Shown here: positions 1 through 10,415 of the stretch, in pieces
Layout of the letters: each line of letters opens with the position of its first letter
How positions within the stretch are numbered: position 1 is the stretch's first letter
NCBI GenBank assembly: GCA_963823665.1
Contig: CAWGMQ010000005.1
Span: forward strand, 352,001-416,000
Direction: 5' to 3'
Source: an uncultured Planctomycetota bacterium
Lineage (GTDB): Bacteria; Planctomycetota; Planctomycetia; Isosphaerales; Isosphaeraceae
DNA length: 64,000 nt
The notes under the pieces: generated by a model
Databases searched by the model: none
What the model saw: the letters and a program-made list of their open reading frames with translations, nothing else
What the model was told of the DNA's origin: nothing
Position numbers and translations under genes: made by a program

Positions 1-3000
1 TGCGATCCTCGATCGAACCCTTCGGGATGGCGAGCGCCTTGCCTTCGGCGGTGATGAGCCGGACTTCCTTGCCGTCTTCGCCGCGCAGGATTCCCGTATG
101 CAGCTTGCCGTCGCCGGTGGCGATGATGACCGACTCGAACCCTTCTGCGATCTTCTTGTTGGGATTAACGATCGATTCGAGCAAATCGGTGCGGGAGAGC
201 CGCGCACCGACGCCGGCGAGCTCGGGGCCGACTTCCCCGCCGGTCGATTCGCCGCCCGAGGCACGCACCTTGTGACAGCGGATGCACTCGATATCGGCCC
301 TCGAAGTGAAGAGCCGCCGCCCGAGCTCGCGATCGCCGCCTGAGAGTACCTCGCGAAACGGCGAGAGTGGATCGTCGTGGGGCTTGGAGCTCTGGTACTT
401 CTTGATTCTGTCACGAAACTCGGGCTCGGATCGCGCGGCGGCCGCCTCGACCAGGTCGAGTTGAACCTCTTCAGGAGTTTTCCCGGCGATCAGGCGATCG
501 AGCCAGTCCAGGAGAAGCCGGCGAGCCGCATCACCGGGCATGGCAGCCAGGATGGCGATGGCTCCCTGGCGCTCGATCGTCGAGCCGGTCTTGAGCCGGT
601 CTTCGAGTGGCGTGATTGCTGTAGCGGGATCGACCTTGGCGAGCAGCTTGAGAGCCGCTGTGCGACTGCGGGCGCCGGGGGCTGCGAGGGCTCGTGTGGC
701 TGCCTCAACCCGGCGCGGGTCGTTGAGCTTATCGAGTGTGTCGAGCGCCTGGGCCCGAAGGGAATCCGCGTACTTCACGTCGCCCGAAAGCGTCGCAAGC
801 GTACCGCCGGCCTCCTTGATTTCGAGCGCCATGGCAAGTTGGATTGCCGCGGTCTGCACCCTCCCGGTCGCTCTAGCCAGAAGTGCGTCAAGCTTGGGCC
901 CGATCGCGGCCGAGGCCGCCTCGGCCGGTCGGGCAGGAATCGGCCGCCACAGACCGACAACGGGGTCACGCCCGGAAGGAGCGGCCCAATGGGCCAGAAG
1001 CTCGAGCGAGAGCGCACGCCCGGCCGCCGGCAGTTCGGATCGCTCAGCGACTGCAACCATTCGAGCGGCGTCCTCAGGCCGGCCGAGCCGGAAACTCGCG
1101 CTCAAGATCCGTCGCAGGAGCGGCAGCGACGCACTCGCAGGGACCTGCAGCGATGCGAGCGCCGGCAGCGCCGGCTCGATCGGAACGTCGTGGATCGCAC
1201 GGGCCGCTTCCAGGACAAGGCGTGGGTCGGAATCGGTGAGAAAGCGCGCGACTTCCGGATCGCGCAGCCGCCTTAGCGCCAGGAGCACCCCCATTCTCAC
1301 GACGGCCGACTCATCGCGGCTCGCGCGTATCCACGCGGCGGTCTTGCCGGAGGCGGCCAGGCCCATCACGGCCGCGTGCCGGAGGTAGGGATCTTTCTCG
1401 CCGCTGGAGCGGAGCATCGCAAGGAGCGGTTCGACCGCCTGAGGCCGGCCGAGGCCGCCCAGCGCAATCGCCGCGAAGAACTTGACTCGGGGGCTCGAGT
1501 CGGCGAGCAGACCGATGAGGCCGGCAAACGCTTCTTCGCCCCTGATATCGCCCAGCACTTTGGCGGTCTGGGCGCGCACTTCGGGGTCGGAATCGGCAAG
1601 CAACGGCAACAGTACAGGAACATGGTTGTGATCGTCAGTTCGCGCACGGGTCGACCGGGCTGCCTGGCCGAGCCCCCACACGGCGTGAATCCGAGCGAGC
1701 GTTCCCGCCTTCGAGCTGGCGACCTTTGCGAGCGTCTCCCAAGCCGGGCCGCCGCGGGCGGCCAGCTCGAACTGTGCCTCCTGGCGCACCCGCATATCGG
1801 CGTGCTCGAGTAGCCTGGCGAGCTCGTCGAGCCCGCGGCGCTCCATCCCTTGAGCCAGGAGTTCTTTCACCTCGCGCACGGCCGGATCGCCGCGCCGCGA
1901 CTCGTCGAGCAGACGGTAGATCCGCCCCTTCTGCGGTTTGTTCCAGCCCTCGACCCAGTCGCAGAAGTAAAGTCCGCCGTCGGGGCCAAAATCGACATCC
2001 GTTGCCAGCACCGACCACACGAATTGCTTGGAATCAACCAGCTTGAACGAGGCTCCCTCGGGCTCGACCGCAAAGCTGCGGATCCCGCTCGAGCCGCTCG
2101 AGCCGCGGAAATCGACCAGGAAAAAATGGTTCTTGAACGTTGCGGGAAGCGTGCTCACGCCCGGATCATAGGTGAGCCCGGACGGGCCGTCGGAGACGTT
2201 TGCGATTGGCGGAACGATGTAGGCCGCCTGACCCTCGAATGCGGGGTACCAGAGCCGCTCTTCATTCCACGGCCCGCGAGAATACGGCCCTTCGAGGAAC
2301 TGGTAGCCGATTCGCCAGCCGCTGTCACCTCCCTGAACGACATAGACCCAGCGCGCCCGGTCGCCGCTATCCGAGTTGTTGTCGCCGGTGAAGAGATTGC
2401 CGAACTGGTCGAAGGCCAGCTCCTGCGGGTTGCGCAGGCCGGTGGCAAAGACCTCGAGACGGGTGCCGTCGGCCTCGCAGCGGAGCACCGAGCCGGTGTC
2501 GGGCACGGTGAGCGTCTTGCCGTCGAACGTGGTCACGTTGAATCCACGATCGCCGATGCTGAAATACAGTCTGCCGTCGGGCCCGAACCTGAGCCCGTGC
2601 AGGTCGTGCCCGAGAAAACCGACGTGAACGCCGTATCCGTTGTGAAGCAGCTTGCGCGAGTCGGCGTGACCGTCGCCTTTCGTGTCGCGCAGCTTCCAGA
2701 GGCCCGGGATGCAGGTGTACCAGATGTCTCCCTTTCGCGCCAGGACGCCTGCGCCGATACCAGCGGCCGGGTCGTTGAAGCCGTCGGCGAACACGGTGGA
2801 CGAATCAGCACGGCCGTCGCCGTCACGATCAACCACGCGCCGCACGCGCTCGTGCTGCACGTGAAAGGACTCGAACTTGCTTCCCAGAAACTTCTTGTAC
2901 ATCGCGACGCGATCGGCCACGCTGCGGCAAGCAAGATCGTCATCGAGCCAGTCCATGTGGCCGCGCGTGTCGGTCACGCCGTCGCTGTGCCTGAAGGTTT

Positions 3001-3292
3001 CGGCGACATAGGCAACACCGTTCTCATCCAGGCAGAACGCAACCGGGTTGGCCAGCAGAGGCTCGGCTGCGAAAAGCTCGACCTTGAGCCCCTTGGGAAC
3101 GCGGAAAGAACGCATCGCGTTCAGCCCTTGATCCGAAGCGCGCGCGATGGGCGGATCGTATGGTTGCGGCTGCGGGACGACCTGCTGCGCCTTCGCATCA
3201 TCGCCGGCGAAAACGCACGCGCTCGCGGCGAACGTGGCCGGTATGAGGCAAAAAAGCGCGAAGATCCGATTCCTGCCCAGGCGATGGCTCAT
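1..3292 (-). CDS. PVC-type heme-binding (CxxCH) membrane-bound dehydrogenase-like protein (beta-propeller + HEAT repeats + cytochrome c); 3' end runs off the window
   Basis: Not in the ORF track because it is open to the edge. Hand translation from ATG 3292 gives signal peptide MSHRLGRNRIFALFCLIPATFAASACVFA, then FRVPKGLKVELFAAEPLLANPVAFCLDENG and GHDLHGLRFGPDGRLYFSIGDRG. CIRCH heme motif at 272-286 is in the same frame. Confidence 0.88.
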   Translation of the reverse strand, partial: MSHRLGRNRIFALFCLIPATFAASACVFAGDDAKAQQVVPQPQPYDPPIARASDQGLNAMRSFRVPKGLKVELFAAEPLLANPVAFCLDENGVAYVAETFRHSDGVTDTRGHMDWLDDDLACRSVADRVAMYKKFLGSKFESFHVQHERVRRVVDRDGDGRADSSTVFADGFNDPAAGIGAGVLARKGDIWYTCIPGLWKLRDTKGDGHADSRKLLHNGYGVHVGFLGHDLHGLRFGPDGRLYFSIGDRGFNVTTFDGKTLTVPDTGSVLRCEADGTRLEVFATGLRNPQELAFDQFGNLFTGDNNSDSGDRARWVYVVQGGDSGWRIGYQFLEGPYSRGPWNEERLWYPAFEGQAAYIVPPIANVSDGPSGLTYDPGVSTLPATFKNHFFLVDFRGSSGSSGIRSFAVEPEGASFKLVDSKQFVWSVLATDVDFGPDGGLYFCDWVEGWNKPQKGRIYRLLDESRRGDPAVREVKELLAQGMERRGLDELARLLEHADMRVRQEAQFELAARGGPAWETLAKVASSKAGTLARIHAVWGLGQAARSTRARTDDHNHVPVLLPLLADSDPEVRAQTAKVLGDIRGEEAFAGLIGLLADSSPRVKFFAAIALGGLGRPQAVEPLLAMLRSSGEKDPYLRHAAVMGLAASGKTAAWIRASRDESAVVRMGVLLALRRLRDPEVARFLTDSDPRLVLEAARAIHDVPIEPALPALASLQVPASASLPLLRRILSASFRLGRPEDAARMVAVAERSELPAAGRALSLELLAHWAAPSGRDPVVGLWRPIPARPAEAASAAIGPKLDALLARATGRVQTAAIQLAMALEIKEAGGTLATLSGDVKYADSLRAQALDTLDKLNDPRRVEAATRALAAPGARSRTAALKLLAKVDPATAITPLEDRLKTGSTIERQGAIAILAAMPGDAARRLLLDWLDRLIAGKTPEEVQLDLVEAAAARSEPEFRDRIKKYQSSKPHDDPLSPFREVLSGGDRELGRRLFTSRADIECIRCHKVRASGGESTGGEVGPELAGVGARLSRTDLLESIVNPNKKIAEGFESVIIATGDGKLHTGILRGEDGKEVRLITAEGKALAIPKGSIEDR

Positions 3293-3527
3293 GCGTCGTG
3301 TCCGGATTCTCGGGGAGGGTCTTTCGGGGTAGGCGGAGTGCAGCGGCCCGATCTTCGGGGGAGTGTCGAAGACTTTACCAGAATACGATGACTTGCGGGA
3401 CGTTGGGAAGACGAACACAATGGATGATCCAAACACCGTCATCCAGGCGGGTCGAGATCCTGGAGGGGGCGAAGATCAGCGATCTGACGAGGAACGAGTG
3501 CAAGGGCAAGCGATAGGATTTCAGGAC

Positions 3528-3549
3528 GGTCCGCAACGGCGGACCCTAC
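3528..3549 (-). repeat. GTAG-type REP-like palindrome (GTAGGGTCCGCCGTTGCGGACC)
   Basis: GTAG tetranucleotide followed by a GGTCCGC/GCGGACC hairpin, 5 nt after the stop of the kinase gene. Related copies at 11512-11533 and 23299-23320. Confidence 0.75.
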
Positions 3550-3554
3550 GAGAA

Positions 3555-6500
3555 TCAGAGTCGATTGCGGGGAGTGGTGACGCGGATCAAGTGGCGATGT
3601 CCCGCGAGGGACGTCGGCACGATTTCGGGCTCGATGCCGCGTCTGCTCAGGAGCGCGGCGACGGCCGGATCGGACGCGACGGGCTCCGTCAGGAGCAAAT
3701 CGTCGTTTCTTGCCTCCGAAATGAAGGCGACGGCATCGCGCGCGGTGGTTCCGAAATAGTCGAGCTGGTCATTGACCGTCGCCGCCAGCGCGGGGCCCTT
3801 GTGAATCCCGACACGAACGCCGCGTTGCGCGGTAGGTCCGCCACGATTCAGTCGAACGGCAAGGGAAAGCGCAGTCTCGACGGCCGCCGTCACCTGAGAG
3901 AACGACGCGAGCACGCCTTCACCGATCGTCTTGACAACCGCCCCTCCTCCTTCGCGAATTGCATCGCCTACTTTTTGCAGGTGCACGTGAATCACGCCGA
4001 AGGCGCCCGCATCACCGAGCTCGCGATAAAGCGCGTCGACGCGAGCCGGGTCGAGCGACGTGAACAAGAGTGTCACACTGGAAATCGTGGCCAGCCGCCC
4101 CGGGGCGAGTATCTCGCCGGGGAACAGCTCGCGAAAGAGCGGTAAGGAGGCGGCGCGGGCCGCGGTCAGGGCGTCGTGGCGCGGCGCCGCTCGCTCGACG
4201 CGAACCAGGAGCTCGCGCTCACCCGGGTTGTGGAGGGCGAGGGTCTGCGCGCCGGCCCGCAAAGACGGCGGCCGTTCAGCCTCGGGCCCCGCGGTGAGGT
4301 CGATATCCCATCGCCTCGGAGACGCGGTCTTCTCCACGCGGAAATCAGCCGACCAGGGAAGCTGGGGGCCGCGCAGCCGATAAGAGCCTTCCGGCAGGGT
4401 GAGCTCGAGCTCGATGCGCTCGAGCGCCGCGACTCGCATCTGGGCGACCACGTGCGGCGAGTGCGCCGGGCCGCCGACACAGTAGGTGCCTAGCTCGGCG
4501 TCGCGAATTTCCGGATGCACACGAAAAATCAACTCGATCGAGTTGGCAAAATCGAGGTCGAAGTCGAGATGGCAGGCCTGGCAGTGCGCGTGATCGGCAA
4601 TCTCGCGGAGCGTGTCGGTCACCTGTGCAGAAATCCGGCAGACGGGGCAAAGAAGATCCCAGTGCAGCTCAAGCAAGCCCTCCCTGGCGCCGTGAAGACA
4701 CGCGGCGACAACCTGGTCGGGATCAAGCCCGAATCGCTCGGCCAGGGCCAGCGGCCGGATGCGGGCCAGCTCCTGGGCCGATCCGGCGATCAGGTGCTCG
4801 AAGAGGCAGTCGAGGACCTGCGCATCAATGCCGCGTTCGACCAGCCGGTCGATCAAACGGTCCAGCCGCTGTCGCCGCGCCGCCGGCATACGGGCCCGCT
4901 CCTCGAACGGATCGAGCGCGGGAGAAAGCCCGCGCTCGCGCTGGCCTTTCAGCGTGGCGTCGATGCGGCGATAGACTTTCTCGAGGCTCTTTCGCATGCC
5001 GACGCCCACGCCCCAGCGCGATCCAAATCGAATCGTCCAGGTGGAGGGCTCAAGGCGCAGCGAGTGGACGAGCGTGGTGCCGCCGCCCGGTCGCGCCAGC
5101 AGCTCAACGGAGCTGACAAGCCACTTGAACGGACCCTGGGTGTATTGCCGGAGAATTCCCATTCGCCTGGGCTCGACCCACTCATAAGGAAACTCTTCCC
5201 CGACCTCGGGCATGCCGGCCTTCCGGCCTTCCGCGAACGTTCGAACCCCGTGGTCGGGCTCGAACTTCGTTTGGTAAGTCACCGGCCTAAACCCGAGCGC
5301 ACGGTCGAGTCGATCGGTGTTGGTCACCAGAGGCCAGAGCTGGCGCGGGGACGACTCGAGCTCCCATCGAAACTCGAACTGAAGGACCCGGCCGGGATCG
5401 CATTCGGGCAGCCTGGGATGAATCGCCAGCTCAGTGGGCTTGCCCAGCCGCAGGGCTTCGAGATCGCGCAGCATTGCCGCCGCGTCAGGGAAACGGTCGT
5501 CCGGGCTCTTGGACAAGGCTCGCTCGACGGCCCGCGCCAGGCCTTCGCTCACACTGGTATTGAGCAGCTCGAGCGACGCGGGTTGTTCGTTGCAATGTTG
5601 CTGGCAGAGCAGGTCTCGCGTCTCGCCCGTGAAGGGTGGCTGGCCGGCCAGCACGTGGAAAAGCGTCGCACCCATGGCATACACGTCGGTTCGCGGGTCG
5701 ACACCGCGCCCCGTCCATTGTTCGGGCGCCATGTAGTGAGGCGTTCCCAAGAGCGCACCAGCGTCGGTCATCGCCAGCGATTCGGTATCGATAACGTGGC
5801 GGGCGAGCCCGAAGTCGGTGATCTTGACTCGAGGGCGCGCCGAGTCATCGTTTTCGCCATCCACGAGCGTCGCCGTGCGCGCATCCGAATTCGTCGGGAG
5901 CGGCGATTCCGGGCCGCCACCGGGTGACCTGGCCGAGATCGTTTGCTCGAGCGGTGAGTCCGCCTGGATCGTTTCGGCGAGCGAACCCGCGGTTTCGGCA
6001 ACCTGGTCGAGAAGCAGGATGTTGCTGGGCTTGATGTCGCGATGCACGATTCCGCGCTCGTGAGCCTGCGCCAACCCACGCGCGACACCGGCCATGATTC
6101 GCAGTGCCTCCGGTACGTCGAGCCGCGCTTTCCGCTCGAGCACCTGTGCGAGGTTGGTGCCGGCGACGAATTCCAGCACGAGGTAGGGTATGCCGTCATG
6201 TTCGTTCTGGTCGAGCAGGTTCACTACGTGAGGATTGTTGGCCTCGATCATCAACCGGGCTTCCTTGCGAAAGCGACGGAGAACCACCTCGTTTCCGGCC
6301 CGATCAGACCGCAGAACCTTGATCGCGACAACGGACTGGTTGACCGGGTCGAGCGCGCGGAAGACAACCCCCTGCCCTCCCTCGCCCAGCTTTTCGAGCA
6401 CGCGATAACGCCCGAGGTATTGCGTTGTATCATGGGCCTCCGGCTGTCGCGGACGCGTGAGAGCTGCGAACGCCTGGCGATCGGCGGCGGGGAGCACCAA

Positions 6501-7301
6501 CGTGAGTTCCTGGCGACTGCGATCAGCCGGCAGGCTCCATTCTCCGGTGGCATCCATGGGGTTGGCGACCTTGTCGAGCAACGCGAGCGCCTCCAGCGCG
6601 GAGGGACGCTCCGACGGGTCTTCCGTCATGAGCGACCGTGCAACGTTGCCGAGGTGGGAATCTTCCGTCGTGGTGATGCGGCTGGCATGCGAACGCAGCC
6701 CGTCGCCGGTCTTGCTGTCGAGGAGCCAGGCGACGAGTGCTCCGAAGCCGTACAGATCGGCCGCCCGCAGTACGGCCAGGTTTCTCGGCTCGTCGATCGA
6801 CTCCGATCTGTTCGGTGCGCGCCCGGGTTTCGCCACTGGAGGAAACCCCGCCGACACGCCGGTGAAATCGAGCTTCACGCCTCCGGTCGGCGTCTGAAAA
6901 ACATGTTCCGGGCAGATACGGCCGTGAGCGAGCCCGAGGCGATGGGCCTCGACCAGCGCGGCCGCCAGCGGTCGAAGCAGCTCGGCCATCGCTCGCTCGG
7001 TGCCGGGAACGCGGGCGCTCGCAGCCGTGGCGAGTGTGGTCTCGCCCGGCCATTCGAGAACCGCTCGGGGAGTCTCCTCGTCCAGACTGAGCTCCAGGAC
7101 CGGGAGCGCCGACCGGTGAGCGAGCTGCGCGGCAAGCCTCAGCCGGGGAACCAGCCTGGCCCAGCGAGCCGAGTCAGTCTGCGCGCGGGCGAGGTCGAAG
7201 ACCAAGACCGTGGTCGCTCCGTCGGGGGCAATCGCCCGGAACGCGATTCCATCGTGGCCCGCTCCGAGCTGGGAACGGAGCTGGTACTCGTCCAAAGGCA
7301 T
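3555..7301 (-). CDS. Multidomain Ser/Thr protein kinase: degenerate N-terminal kinase + intact kinase + SRPBCC/START-like + Zn-ribbon (DUF5939-like) + degenerate class III nucleotide cyclase
   Basis: Intact kinase motifs GEGGQGVV, VAIK, HRDIKPSN, DFG, GTPHYMAPE. CPVC..CQAC Zn ribbon. Cyclase-like VVKTIGEGVLASF..VRVGIHKGP..LDYFG. AGGTGA RBS upstream of ATG. Confidence 0.9.
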   Translation of the reverse strand: MPLDEYQLRSQLGAGHDGIAFRAIAPDGATTVLVFDLARAQTDSARWARLVPRLRLAAQLAHRSALPVLELSLDEETPRAVLEWPGETTLATAASARVPGTERAMAELLRPLAAALVEAHRLGLAHGRICPEHVFQTPTGGVKLDFTGVSAGFPPVAKPGRAPNRSESIDEPRNLAVLRAADLYGFGALVAWLLDSKTGDGLRSHASRITTTEDSHLGNVARSLMTEDPSERPSALEALALLDKVANPMDATGEWSLPADRSRQELTLVLPAADRQAFAALTRPRQPEAHDTTQYLGRYRVLEKLGEGGQGVVFRALDPVNQSVVAIKVLRSDRAGNEVVLRRFRKEARLMIEANNPHVVNLLDQNEHDGIPYLVLEFVAGTNLAQVLERKARLDVPEALRIMAGVARGLAQAHERGIVHRDIKPSNILLLDQVAETAGSLAETIQADSPLEQTISARSPGGGPESPLPTNSDARTATLVDGENDDSARPRVKITDFGLARHVIDTESLAMTDAGALLGTPHYMAPEQWTGRGVDPRTDVYAMGATLFHVLAGQPPFTGETRDLLCQQHCNEQPASLELLNTSVSEGLARAVERALSKSPDDRFPDAAAMLRDLEALRLGKPTELAIHPRLPECDPGRVLQFEFRWELESSPRQLWPLVTNTDRLDRALGFRPVTYQTKFEPDHGVRTFAEGRKAGMPEVGEEFPYEWVEPRRMGILRQYTQGPFKWLVSSVELLARPGGGTTLVHSLRLEPSTWTIRFGSRWGVGVGMRKSLEKVYRRIDATLKGQRERGLSPALDPFEERARMPAARRQRLDRLIDRLVERGIDAQVLDCLFEHLIAGSAQELARIRPLALAERFGLDPDQVVAACLHGAREGLLELHWDLLCPVCRISAQVTDTLREIADHAHCQACHLDFDLDFANSIELIFRVHPEIRDAELGTYCVGGPAHSPHVVAQMRVAALERIELELTLPEGSYRLRGPQLPWSADFRVEKTASPRRWDIDLTAGPEAERPPSLRAGAQTLALHNPGERELLVRVERAAPRHDALTAARAASLPLFRELFPGEILAPGRLATISSVTLLFTSLDPARVDALYRELGDAGAFGVIHVHLQKVGDAIREGGGAVVKTIGEGVLASFSQVTAAVETALSLAVRLNRGGPTAQRGVRVGIHKGPALAATVNDQLDYFGTTARDAVAFISEARNDDLLLTEPVASDPAVAALLSRRGIEPEIVPTSLAGHRHLIRVTTPRNRL

Positions 7302-7624
7302 CGATCACCTCGATCTCGGTCGACGCGCGGCCAGCCTGCTCGACCGCGGCCGAAGCGCAACAGCCATGTTACTTCGAGGTGGTGGCGATCGTGAAGCTCG
7401 CTGAAGCGGTGAGGTCGGGTTTCTCGATGTCCCGTGCGCGAATCGTGCAATCCCCTCGAGTTTGGGGACAGCGTGGAGGAAGTTTCGCAAACAAGTCGTA
7501 CGCAGGCACCTCTCCCGTCGGTTATCATGAATTCAGAGCGATCTCAACGAACTCCCCTCACGACGCCTTCCGGAAGCAACCGGCCGCCTATCCGAATCGC
7601 CTCCTCCCCAACCTGGACCGTCCG

Positions 7625-8956
7625 ATGCCAACGAGAGAATCTCGACTGACCCGCCGATCCGTGCTCAGGCAATTGGCCGCCACCAGTATCGCTTTTCCAT
7701 TCGTGATGCGGGCCCACACAACGGCCGCCCCCAGCGAGACACTGTACCACGCAAGTTTCGGCGCGGCAGGGATGGCAGAAGCCGATATCGGGTCAGTCAC
7801 GGCCAGCCCGCAGGTCAAGCTTGTTGCCGTGGCCGACGTGGACAAGAGAAATCTCGACCGGATCAAGGAGCGATTCAAGGGCGTCAAGGTCTATCAAGAC
7901 TGGCGGGAGCTGCTCGATAAGGAGAAGAACCTCAACTCCGTAAATGTCTCCACACCGGACCACATGCACGCTTCGATCACCATGCGGGCATTGCAGCAAG
8001 GATTGAACGTCTACACCCAGAAACCGCTCACCCAGACCATTCACGAGGCTCGCCAGGTCGCCCGGCTGGCTCGCGAGAAATCCGCCGTCACCCAGATGGG
8101 AATTCAGATCCATTCCCACGAGGTGCACCGAACGATCGTCGCGACGATCCAGACCGGGATGATCGGCAAGGTGAAGGAAGTGCATAGCTGGAGCGGCAAG
8201 CACTGGGGTGACAATCGCCCCATACCCGACCGCAAGGATCCGGTTCCGGAGGGGCTGAACTGGGATTTGTGGCTCGGAGTCGCCGCCGAGCGGCCCTATC
8301 TGAAAGACTACTACCACCCGGGAGAATGGCGAAAACGCATCGACTTCGGCACGGGTACCTTCGGCGACATGGGCTGCCACATCCTCGACCCGGTTTTCAC
8401 CTCTCTGGCGCTGCCCGCGCCCAGGTCGATCCGCTCCGAAGGCCGTGCCCCCGCGGGCGGCAACTGGGGTCTCGACTCGCAAGTGCAGTACGTGTTTCCC
8501 GGAACGACGCACACGACCGAGACCCTGACGCTAGCCTGGTACGACGGCGAAAAGCGGCCGCCTCACGATGTGACGGCGCTCATCGGTAACAAGGCGCTGG
8601 CTGACCAGGGTTCGATCTACCTCGGGACCGAGGGCGTGCTCTACGCCCCCTACATCGATGCGCCCGAATTGCTTCCTGCCGAGAAATTCAAAGACGCAAA
8701 GCTGCCCAATCCTGGAGGTAATGACCACTATCTCCAGTTCGTCGAAGCTTGCCGCGGGAATGGCAAGACCTCGGCGCCGTTCGATTATTCAGGGCCGCTG
8801 ACCGAATCGGTCTTGTTAGGCTGCCTGGCGACCCGCTTCCCCCACAAGACGCTCGAGTGGGACTCGGTGAACCTGGCATTCACAAACGTTCGGGAGGCGA
8901 ATCCCTTTGTCCGGCGCGCGTACCGCAAAAGCTGGGAGATCCCCGGGCTCTCATGA
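7625..8956 (+). CDS. Tat-exported Gfo/Idh/MocA family oxidoreductase
   Basis: TRRSVL twin-arginine signal; VSTPDHMH, YTQKPL, GDMGCHILD motifs. ATG 7625 preferred over the longer ORF start. Confidence 0.9.
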   Translation: MPTRESRLTRRSVLRQLAATSIAFPFVMRAHTTAAPSETLYHASFGAAGMAEADIGSVTASPQVKLVAVADVDKRNLDRIKERFKGVKVYQDWRELLDKEKNLNSVNVSTPDHMHASITMRALQQGLNVYTQKPLTQTIHEARQVARLAREKSAVTQMGIQIHSHEVHRTIVATIQTGMIGKVKEVHSWSGKHWGDNRPIPDRKDPVPEGLNWDLWLGVAAERPYLKDYYHPGEWRKRIDFGTGTFGDMGCHILDPVFTSLALPAPRSIRSEGRAPAGGNWGLDSQVQYVFPGTTHTTETLTLAWYDGEKRPPHDVTALIGNKALADQGSIYLGTEGVLYAPYIDAPELLPAEKFKDAKLPNPGGNDHYLQFVEACRGNGKTSAPFDYSGPLTESVLLGCLATRFPHKTLEWDSVNLAFTNVREANPFVRRAYRKSWEIPGLS

Positions 8957-9049
8957 GACTCGGCGGGGGGAAATCGCCGCCACTCGACGCCTCGGGTACA
9001 ATATCTCGACGTCAAAGAGATCCCACCCGTGACGGGACTGATTGCGATC

Positions 9050-10379
9050 ATGAAATCACACATCACGACAGTGCAGGACGGCTATTCTGGCCCGAGAGGT
9101 TTTGTTGACGGTGATTGGCCAGAGCGGTTGAAATCGATCAGAGACGCGATGCGGGAGATGAGCCTTCAGAACGATCCTCTTCAGATGGTGCAGGCTTATG
9201 GCAGTCGCGTGCGACAGTGGATGCCGGCAGACCGATGGCTATCGCTGAGCCGGCGCGGGCTCGACTGCGCCTGAGTACCGGATCACGCGATCGAGCACAT
9301 GGACCGAGACGATCGACCCGTGGCATCAGAAGGAGCGGCTGCCGCGGTTTTCGGGGGGGTTCCTGGCGGAGTTCGTTTATGGCGACGAGCCACGGCTGAT
9401 CGATGACATCACCTCGCTTTTCGCGCCTGACGATCCAGCCAGGGATTACCTGGACGGGATGCGGTCGTTGATCGCGGTGCCGCACTACGATCAAGGGGAC
9501 GGGCTGAACATGGTCGTCTCGATGCGTGAAGAGCCGGCGTCGTTCGATCCGGAACGATTTCCTGAGTGGGTCTGGGTGAGCAGCCTCTTCGGCCGAGTCA
9601 CGCATAACCTGGTATTGCGGAATGAGCTCAAGCAGGCGTACGACGTCGTGGAACGCGAGCTCAAGGTCGTGGCTGACATTCAGCGCTCGCTCTTGCCGCA
9701 AGTGTTGCCGAAGATCCCGAACCTCGAGCTGGCCACGTATTATCGCACGTCGCGGTGGGCGGGCGGCGACTACTACGACTTCTTCGCGCTGCCCGACGGA
9801 CGGTGGGGGATTCTGGTGGCGGACGTGAGCGGCCATGGAACGCCCGCGGCGGTAATGATGGCGATCACGCACAGCCTGGCGCATAGTCTACCCGGCCCCG
9901 CAGATCCACCCGCGATCATGCTCGGTCATTTGAACCGGCAGTTGTCGATGCATTACACAGTTGCCAACGAAGTCTTCGTCACGGCGTTCTATGCGATTTA
10001 CGACCCGGGCGCACGCACGCTGAGCTATTCGAGCGCCGGGCATAATCCGCCCAGGCTCATCCGGTGCCGCGACGGTTCGGTGCGAGCGCTCGAGGAGGTT
10101 GGCGGGCCTCCCCTGGGCCTGATGGAAGACCTCGAATACGACGAGTCGACATTTGAGCTTGCGCCGGGCGATGTTCTGGCGTTTTACACGGACGGAATCA
10201 CCGAGGCCATGGATGCGCGCGGCAAGCAGTTTACACCAAGTCGTCTGGACGAGATTCTGAGCCGGTGTCATCTGACGGCCGCGGCAGTGATTGAAGACGT
10301 GATTAATTCGGTCGAGGAATTCACCGGCGGCCTGCCGCCGATGGACGACCGGACGCTGATCGTGGCGCGAGTGAGCTGA
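9050..10379 (+). CDS. GAF-like + SpoIIE/RsbU-type PP2C phosphatase (frameshift near 9268)
   Basis: GGDYYDF, VADVSGHG, AGHNPP, YTDGITE, DDRT motifs. The N-terminal part (9050-9270) continues in the +1 frame as PEYRITRSSTW. Confidence 0.85.
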
Positions 10380-10415
10380 TCGTCTCTGGCTTCAAGGAAT
10401 CGGTGATCGACCTCC

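Noticed and set aside
377..3391. Long plus-strand ORFs (299, 145, 513 aa)
   Set aside because: Antisense shadows in register with the minus-strand heme-binding protein; no motifs.
4515..7394. Plus-strand 470 and 450 aa ORFs
   Set aside because: Antisense shadows of the kinase gene, typical of high-GC DNA.
9272..9274. TGA as selenocysteine or readthrough in the phosphatase gene
   Set aside because: The coding sequence continues in a different frame, so this is an indel rather than recoding.
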